Below, in pieces: positions 50,848-59,300 of a stretch of DNA of 64,000 nucleotides. The notes under the pieces are model-generated. The model did not search any database, was not told the origin of the DNA, and saw nothing but the letters and a program-made list of their open reading frames with translations. The position numbers and the translations under genes were made by a program. Location of the stretch: NCBI GenBank assembly GCA_963666285.1, contig OY762711.1; one strand, 5' to 3'. The DNA comes from Sedimentisphaerales bacterium (lineage in GTDB: Bacteria; Planctomycetota; Phycisphaerae; Sedimentisphaerales; SM23-30). Position 1 is the stretch's first letter; each line of letters opens with the position of its first letter.

Positions 50848-51302
50848 GTAACGTAACATATACAATCTAAAAGCTATTCAAGAGCATATCCAGATTTTCC
50901 CAAAGGACTTATAAAAATTAAACCGGTGAAACTTCCGCGTCTGGAGCGAGTGCGATTATATTCGCACTGCAATTGCCGCGAGTTATTACCGGATAGTCAG
51001 ATAGCGCGGAAATTATTATGACAGGATTATAATTCTGCGACATCTGACTTTTATAATATTCTGCCCTGGATTGGGGCTCCAGCCCTGTGTTTGCCTCCTG
51101 ATGGCTGGGGCCCCTATATCCCTTTGACGCAGAATTAATCATGCATAATACTGCAAGGGTGTTTAAAAAATTGTGCATATGATTCGTTGAAAGGCTTTTG
51201 TATTTTTGATCCTGGAACGCCAAGGGCCGTATAGCCCAAAATAGCGGACGAAAGTTCGTCAAAACCTTGTCATTTTGCCTCCTGAATGACAAGGTTTTTT
51301 TT
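50848..51302 (+). ncRNA. Candidate structured ncRNA of unknown family
   Basis: TTGACA-N17-TACTTT at 50813-50841; multiple stems with plus-strand G-U pairs; terminal intrinsic terminator; no convincing ORF. Confidence 0.5.
51261..51302 (+). terminator. Intrinsic terminator whose loop carries TTTGCCTCCTGA
   Basis: AAAACCTTGTCATT...AATGACAAGGTTTTTTTT. Confidence 0.75.
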
Positions 51303-51310
51303 ACAGAATT

Positions 51311-51334
51311 AATATTGACTTAGAAGTCAATATT
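51311..51334. promoter_or_regulatory. Perfect 11-bp inverted repeat, probable XRE operator overlapping a TTGACT -35 box
   Basis: AATATTGACTT-AG-AAGTCAATATT ending 15 bp before the XRE ATG. Confidence 0.65.
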
Positions 51335-51349
51335 TGCTTAAATATCAAT

Positions 51350-51679
51350 ATGAAAAAAATAAAAACAGCTTATCAAAGAGTATTATTAGGCGGCACATGG
51401 TATGTAATTGTTGAAGAAGAAGAATTTATTGCATTAACAAACTCAAAAGATGCAAACAGCAAAACAGATATATTAGATGCAATTAATATCAGCGATCAAC
51501 GCCTGGCAAATAGATTACTCCAACGTCGTCAGGATGCAGGAATTAGTCAAAAAGCTTTAGCTCAGCTTGCTGAAGTACGTGTTGAAACACTTAATAGAAT
51601 TGAAAAAGGACATACAACAGCTGATTTCAAAACAATACGTAAGCTGGTAAACGCTATTAACAATTATAATAAAAGGTAA
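51350..51679 (+). CDS. XRE-family HTH transcriptional regulator
   Basis: RRQDAGISQKALAQLAEVRVETLNRIEKG. Confidence 0.88.
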   Translation: MKKIKTAYQRVLLGGTWYVIVEEEEFIALTNSKDANSKTDILDAINISDQRLANRLLQRRQDAGISQKALAQLAEVRVETLNRIEKGHTTADFKTIRKLVNAINNYNKR

Positions 51680-51685
51680 ATTAAA

Positions 51686-51994
51686 ATGTCGGAAACAACA
51701 AACACTAATATAAAACAGAAAGTCATTAACTTAATTGTAAATAATCACAATGTTGATGCAGAAGAAATATCGCTTAATTCTCATTTTAGCACAGACCTTA
51801 ATTTTGACAGTCTGGAAGTAGTGGAATTTATTATGAACGTCGAAGAAGAATTCAGAATAAATGTGCCAGATGATATCAGCGAAAATATATTAACAGTCAA
51901 AGATGCCATAGAATCAATTGAATCTATAGTACGCTTTCGTTCTTTTGACTGTTCAACGTTATCCGCAAAGGTCAGAACAGGGCCTTGTGAATGA
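51686..51994 (+). CDS. acpP: Acyl carrier protein with a repeat-derived C-terminal extension
   Basis: DLNFDSLEVVEFIMNVEEEF phosphopantetheine motif; last 21 aa encoded by family A copy 8. Confidence 0.85.
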   Translation: MSETTNTNIKQKVINLIVNNHNVDAEEISLNSHFSTDLNFDSLEVVEFIMNVEEEFRINVPDDISENILTVKDAIESIESIVRFRSFDCSTLSAKVRTGPCE

Positions 51995-52108
51995 AAATTG
52001 TTTTTTTTATCATTTTCGAGGCTAAATCTCGAAAGTATATTTAATTCAAACTGCAACAGGAAGGCCCTTTTAGGCGTTTATTGCAACTTGAAAAGCGCGA
52101 AAGTAAAC
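51929..52108. mobile_element. MITE-like family A, copy 8 (opposite orientation, inserted in acpP)
   Basis: Reverse complement matches the family ends and the copy 7 interior; flanks ctata / ttata. Confidence 0.8.
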
Positions 52109-52134
52109 TTATATTAAAAGAATAATATGCAATT

Positions 52135-52959
52135 CTATAATCTGGCTGCTTTGTAAATAATTATAATTGATACAGAAAACATAAATACAATATATATCAA
52201 TCGCAGTATATCAGATTTAAATATATGGGTCAACTTACTGCCATAATAGCTAGAAATCATCGCTGAAGGAACAATACAAGCAGATATTTTGAGCGATTGA
52301 GATACTTCAAAGCCATGAAGTGGAAGAGTGGCATTTTTATATATTGCTCCGACAAATACAATTCCAAGGATAGTACAAGCAGAATTAGCAATAGCGCTTT
52401 TTAGTGGTACTTTAAAAAATACCTGTTGGAATGGGACACAAATTGACCCTCCACCAATTCCGAGCAGCCCTGAAAAAAGCCCGACAATCCAACCTAAGAT
52501 TATAATACCAATTTTGTTATTATATTTGCCCTCATTATCTTCACTGCCTAATTGAGATTTCTTTTTCATTATTCTGGAAACATTAAAACAAGCAACATAA
52601 AACAAAAAAACGCCAAGCATTATCGACAAATACTTGCCGTTATGCTCAGCAAATAGTTTCTGATTGCTAATATATACGCCTGCAACAACCCCAATAAACG
52701 CGGCAGGCACCATTCTTTTGACAAGTTGCTTGATGACTGCACCAGATTGCCAATGGCTGAATGCCGAGGGAAGTGATACGCAGAAATTGCAAATCATTCC
52801 AACCGCCTGGATCAAATGCTGGGTACGTCCATCATAAGTATGATTAAAACTTGTAATAAGTATTAGCGAGGGGATAACAATAATGGCCCCACCAATACCA
52901 AGCAAGCCTCCAAGTGCTCCAGCCATTAAGCCTATTAAAATGTAAAATATATTTTCCAT
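52135..52959 (-). CDS. TauE/SafE (TSUP) family membrane transporter
   Basis: Duplicated GLLGIGG motif; multi-TM. Confidence 0.88.
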   Translation of the reverse strand: MENIFYILIGLMAGALGGLLGIGGAIIVIPSLILITSFNHTYDGRTQHLIQAVGMICNFCVSLPSAFSHWQSGAVIKQLVKRMVPAAFIGVVAGVYISNQKLFAEHNGKYLSIMLGVFLFYVACFNVSRIMKKKSQLGSEDNEGKYNNKIGIIILGWIVGLFSGLLGIGGGSICVPFQQVFFKVPLKSAIANSACTILGIVFVGAIYKNATLPLHGFEVSQSLKISACIVPSAMISSYYGSKLTHIFKSDILRLIYIVFMFSVSIIIIYKAARL

Positions 52960-53367
52960 CTATAAAATAATATTTGGCATGCCCTTGTCTGGCTTTACCA
53001 TTTAGGGCTATATCGTCCACATAATTTGTTACTTTTCAATGTTATTATGAGAATAGAAACAGTTATGAGTATTATTACGACTGTAATGGCTCATTTATTA
53101 TGACTTATTATAAGGACTGTCTTAAGTCCCATAATATTGTTATAATTCATAAAAGAAAAATATTTTTTATACGCCATTAGTTTTATATTACTTAACTTAT
53201 TTAATAGCAGTACATTAACACCACTTACTTCTAGTGGAATAATCCTAATTAATAACTAGTTAGGAATAGTTAATTTAATAGTTAAAAAAGCCTATATTGA
53301 TAAAAAGCTTGTAAATACTTTATTTATAAATAAGTTACAAACATTACAACCAGTTGAGGCCTCATAA

Positions 53368-56300
53368 ATGATAAAATCGGAAATAGTTTTTGTCATAGCG
53401 ATGATACTATGTCAAATCACCCTTGGTGCAATTTCAGTGACAGCACCTTCCGGGGGCGATCTTGATCAATTCGATTCGTTTTCAATTCAATGGGATAGCG
53501 ATGATGTCGGTGACGGTGCTGCTGTATCAATAATTCTCCGTCAAGGCGGCAGTGATGTGACAACTCTGGCAAGCGGGGTAGGTAACACTGTAGGGTCCAA
53601 TAACTGGAATTGGAATATATCTCAAGCCTCAGGTTCAAACTATAGTATCAGGGTGATTTCAGATTCAAATGGCATGATTTTTGGTGACAGCGCGTCGTTC
53701 AACATAACAGCACCTACTATTACGGCCTCAACAAGTAATATAAATCAATTGGACAATCTCAACGTAAGCTGGTCTGTTACCGGAGTCATAAGTAATAATG
53801 TTACTATCACAATTTCCGAAAATGGTGAATCTGCCAATGTAACTGGCGGTTCAACCAGTTACAATTTTTCAACAGACACGAGCGTTAACTGGAGTCCGGG
53901 AACATATACTATTACTGTCACATCAAATGACCTGCCAACTATAAGTGATTCTGTCACAGCAAATATAAGTGCAAGTAGTATAAGTTCTGTGGCGGCGACA
54001 AGCGGGAACCAGTTTGATACTATTACTGTTACCTGGAATGAAACCGGAACTATAGGAACAAATGTTACTGTCACAGCAATCAATGGTGGTTTTAGTGACT
54101 CAACAACTGTTGCAGCGGGAACCGGTTCTGCAAGTTTTATTACTGACAATACCTGGCCAGCCGGAACATATACTGTAACTGTAACTTCGGACGACTACGG
54201 AATACTAACTGACAATGACACATGTACAATAAGTACAAGTGCGATAAGTTCTGTGGCGGCGACAAGCGGGAACCAGTTTGATACTATTACTGTTACCTGG
54301 AATGAAACCGGAACTATAGGAACAAATGTTACTGTCACGGCAGTCAATGGTGGGTTTAGTGATTCAACAACTGTTGCAGCGGGAACAGGCACAACTAGCT
54401 TTACTACTGACAATACCTGGCCAGCCGGAACATATACTGTAACTGTAACTTCGAACGACTACGGAGTACTAACTGACAATGACACATGTACAATAAGTAC
54501 AAGTGCTATAAGTTCTGTAGCGGCGACAAGCGAGAACCAGTTTGATACTATTACTGTTACCTGGAATGAAACCGGAACTATAGGAACAAATGTTACTGTC
54601 ACAGCGGTCAATGGTGGTTTTAGTGACTCAACAACTGTTGCAGTCGGAACCGGCACAGCAAGTTTTACTACCGACAATACCTGGACGGCTGGAACATACA
54701 CTATCACTGTCACTTCGGACGACTACGGAATACTAACTGACAATGACACATGTACAATAAGTACAAGTGCTATAAGTTCTGTGGCGGCGACAAGCGGAAA
54801 CCAGTTTGATACTATTACTGTTACCTGGAATGAGACAGGAAATGTCGGATCTACAATTACCGTCACGGCAGTCAATGGTGGGTTTAGTGACTCAACAACT
54901 GTTGCAGCCGGAACCGGCACAGCAAGTTTTACTACCGACAATACCTGGCCTGCTGGAACATACACTATCACTGTCACTTCGGACGACTACGGAGTACTAA
55001 CTGACAATGATACATGTACAATAAGTGCAAGTGCTATAAGTTCTGTAGCGGCGACAAGCGAGAACCAGTTTGATACTATTACTGTTACCTGGACTGAAAC
55101 CGGAACTATAGGAACAAATGTTACTGTCACAGCGGTCAATGGTGGGTTTAGTGACTCAACAACTGTTGCAGTCGGAACCGGCACAGCAAGTTTTACTACC
55201 GACAATACCTGGCCGGCTGGAGCATATACTATCACTGTCACATCGGACGACTACGGAGTACTAACTGACAATGACACATGTACAATAAGTACAAGTGCGA
55301 TAAGTTCTGTGGCGGCGACAAGCGGGAACCAGTTTGATACTATTACTGTTACCTGGAATGAAACCGGAACTATTGGAACAAATGTTACTGTCACGGCAGT
55401 CAATGGTGGGTTTAGTGATTCAACAACTGTTGCAGCGGGAACAGGCACAACTAGCTTTACTACTGACAATACCTGGCCAGCCGGAACATATACTGTAACT
55501 GTAACTTCGGACGACTACGGAGTACTAACTGACAATGACACATGTACAATAAGTACAAGTGCGATAAGTTCTGTGGCAGCCGGGAATATTAATCAATTTG
55601 ACAACCTGGCTGTAACTTGGAATGAAACCGGAACTATAGGAACAAATGTTACTGTCACAGCAGTCAATGGTGGTTTTAGTGATTCAACAACAGTTGCAGC
55701 GGGAATCGGCACAGCAAGTCTTACTACCGACAACACCTGGCCGGCTGGAACATATACTGTAACTGTTACTTCGGATACATATGGAGCAATCAGTGATAAT
55801 ATTACTTGCACAATCTCTTTAAGCTCTGTTAATTCTGTATCAGTTGGAAACCTTAATCAGTTTGACGCAATGACAGTTACATGGAATGAGTCAGGAACAA
55901 TTGGTGGTACGGTAACAATTACTGTGGTTAATGGCGGGTTCAGTGATTCAACGACAGTTGCCGCTGGAACCGGTTCTGCAAACTTTGCAACTGACAACAC
56001 CTGGCCGACCGGTATATACACCGCAACAGTAACGTCCGACACCTACGGAGTCTTAACAGACAGCGATACATGTACATTAACTGCCAGCATAATTAGCGCA
56101 GTATCAGCTGCCGATATTGACCAATTCGATAACCTGGCTGTTACCTGGACTGAAACTGGAAATGTCGGATCTACAATTACTGTTACCGCAGTTAATGGCG
56201 GGTTCAGCGACTCGACAACTGTGGCAGCTGGAACAGGGACAACAAGTTTTACTACTGACAATACCTGGCCAACCGGTACATATGCTGTAACTGTTACTTC

Positions 56301-59300
56301 AGATAACTACGGCGTATTAACAGACAATAACACATGTACAATAAGTGCTAGTGCGATAAGCTCTGTGGCAGCCGGGAATATAAACCAATTTGACAACCTG
56401 GCTGTTACATGGACTGAAACAGGAAATATTGGATCTACAATTACTGTTACCGCTGCCAATGGTGGTTTCAGTGATTCAACAACAGTTGCAGCGGGAACTA
56501 ATTCAGCAACATTAGCAACTGACAATACCTGGCCGGTTGGAACATATACTATAACTGTTACTTCCGATGACTATGGAGTTTTAACCGATAGTAACACGTG
56601 TACATTAAGCAAAAGCGCAATTGAAAACATAGCAGCTTCATCAATAAACCAGTTTGACACATTAACGGTCAACTGGACAGAGACAGGAACCCTTGGAACA
56701 ACAGTTAAAGTTACAGCCAGCCAGGGAGGCTTCAGCCAGTCAACCACAGTTGCTGCAGGAACTCTTTCCGCAAGTTTTACAACCGACGATAACTGGGCAA
56801 CAGGAAGTGTTACGATAACAGTTGAGTCAATTACATACCCCCTGGCATCAACAAGCAGTTCAGTAACAATAAATCCTACAGAAGTTAATGTGGCTGCAAT
56901 TACAGGCATAAACCAGTACGACACATTGACTGTCAACTGGACAGAAAGCGGAACAACAGGTGCCAACACAATAGTAACAGTATCAAATGGCGGCTATAGT
57001 CAAAGCAACACTGTTTCTACCGGTACTTTAACAACCTGTTTTGTGACCGATGAAAACTGGCCTGCCGGGACATATACCGTTGAGATAAAACTTACCGACC
57101 ATACTTCTGTAGCAGATAGCACAACTTTTGCCCTGACTGAAACAAACATTGCATTGAACACACCTGCTAATATTAACCAGTATGACAACGTATCATTGAG
57201 CTGGTCTGAATCTGGTTCGCCAGGTACAACTGTAGATATTGTAATTAAACTTGGAGCGTCAACAATCACATCAGACCAGATCGCAGCTGGAACAAATTCA
57301 TGGACTACATCTACAGACCATGCCTGGGCAACCGGAACATACACAGCAATTGTAACATTAACTGACCATACAGTACGAACCAGCACAAAAACTTTTACTA
57401 TTTCAGAAACAAATATAAGCCTTAATCAGCCATCAAACATTAATCAATTTGATAATATATCACTGAACTGGTCATACCTGGGAAGTTACGGCAGTAATGT
57501 CGGTATTGAAATAGTAAGAAACTCTGACAGTACTGTAGTTAACAGCCAAACAATATCGTCAGCAGCAACCACCGCTTCGATAACTACCGACAATTCTGCA
57601 ACCTGGCCTGTCGGCACCTATACTGCCAGAATAACACTTAGCGACCACCCGGCAAGATCATCGACCAAGACATTCACTATATCACAAACAGCGATGCTTG
57701 CAACATCAACATCTGTTGACAATGGTTCAGCTAACCAGCTTGATACAATCACAATCAATTGGAATTCAACGGGAACAATTGGCAACATTGATTTAAAATT
57801 ATATAAAAGCGGAGTGCTTGTGGCCAATATTATTAATGGAACAGGTAATGACGGAATATATAGCTGGAAGATTCCGCTAAGTATAACGCCGGGGACAGGG
57901 TATTATATTCGAGCGGCTTCGTCCCTGAGGCCTACGGTTATATATTTTGATGCTCCACTGCAATTTGCTATTAATGAAACATCTATCACAACAGGAAATA
58001 CATTTGATATTACCCAATTTGACAACCAGACTATAACATGGACATCTACCGGCAGTGTAGGCACAACCGTTACAATTAAAATATTGCGAGCCAGTGGCGA
58101 GACAATAGCAACAGCTAATGGTATCAGTACCGCTTCCGGCAGCTATACTTTCAATTCAGATCTTAGCTGGACATCGGCCAGTAATTATTATGCCAGGATT
58201 GAATCTGAACTGCACAGTGAATGCTATGACAATACTACCGGATACTTCATTGTCAACCCAACAACAATAACCATCACCAGTGCTCCAGATATAGACCAAC
58301 TTGACAGTCAGACAGTAACATGGAATAAAGTGGGTAATGTAGGAACAAATATAACTTTTGAACTATACCTCGGAGCAACTCTGATAGATCAGCAAACAGT
58401 CAGTTCCAACAGTTATACATATTCTACTGACCTTACCTGGACAACAGGTACATATACTATAAAGGTAATATCGCAGGATCACCCGGCAGTAAATGATACT
58501 GAAACTTTCGTACTGGGGCCAACCAAGATTCAACTGTCTGAACCTGTCGAAGATATTTACTGGCAGGCAGGAGCACAACATAGAGTTGGCTGGATATCAC
58601 AAGGAGCAGCTGGTACAAGCCTAACAATCAATCTCTACCAGAACGGCAATCTGATAACAACAATCAGCGGAAACGCTTCAAATGCCGCAGAGGAATTAAT
58701 CTTTACCCTGCCCGGCAGTATTTCACCCGGAGTTTACCAGGTAAAGGTTATATCAAATTCCTATCCACTACTAACAAGCAGCTATAGTTCAAACATAACC
58801 ATAACGGAACAATCTCTCGGCGGTTATATTTTCACTAATGCAAGTGACCCTTACGGCACAGGTTTAAGCGGCGTTACTGTTACGGTAACGGGAACCAACA
58901 GCAGCCAGACAGTTACAACAAACAATATGGGCTACTGGTCAACAGCTCTGTTAGGCAATGATACTTATACAATAAAGCCTACTGCCAGAAGGAGATATTT
59001 TGAAAAGACCGCCAATCCGGATGCCGGAGAGTCTTCAACTACCTTTACACTTAACAGCAGTACCCGCTCAGCCAGTCACAGTATAATGTTCAATAGCGGC
59101 TATAGTATCAAATTTGTTTCTGCCGGTGCAAGCGGTATCGGAAGTTCATGGTCAAACGCTTCCGGCAGCCTGCAGTCAATGATAGACTTTGTCACATCCG
59201 ACCCGGACGATGAGTTTAACGAGGTCTGGGTTGAAAGTGGAAGTTATAGCGGCCCTATTACATTAAGTAATAATGCGACAATAACAGGAAGCTTCAGCGG

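Noticed and set aside
50918..51292. 124-aa minus-strand ORF
   Set aside because: No recognisable motif, TTG start inside a terminator stem, and the region is better explained by plus-strand RNA structure; not formally excluded
50848..51302. Identity as RNase P RNA, tmRNA, SRP or a CsrA sponge
   Set aside because: Signature motifs not seen; the AGGA-loop reading is on the minus strand whereas G-U pairs and the terminator favour the plus strand
53859..57386. Series of near-identical 60-130 aa minus-strand ORFs
   Set aside because: Antisense shadows of the 264-bp coding repeats
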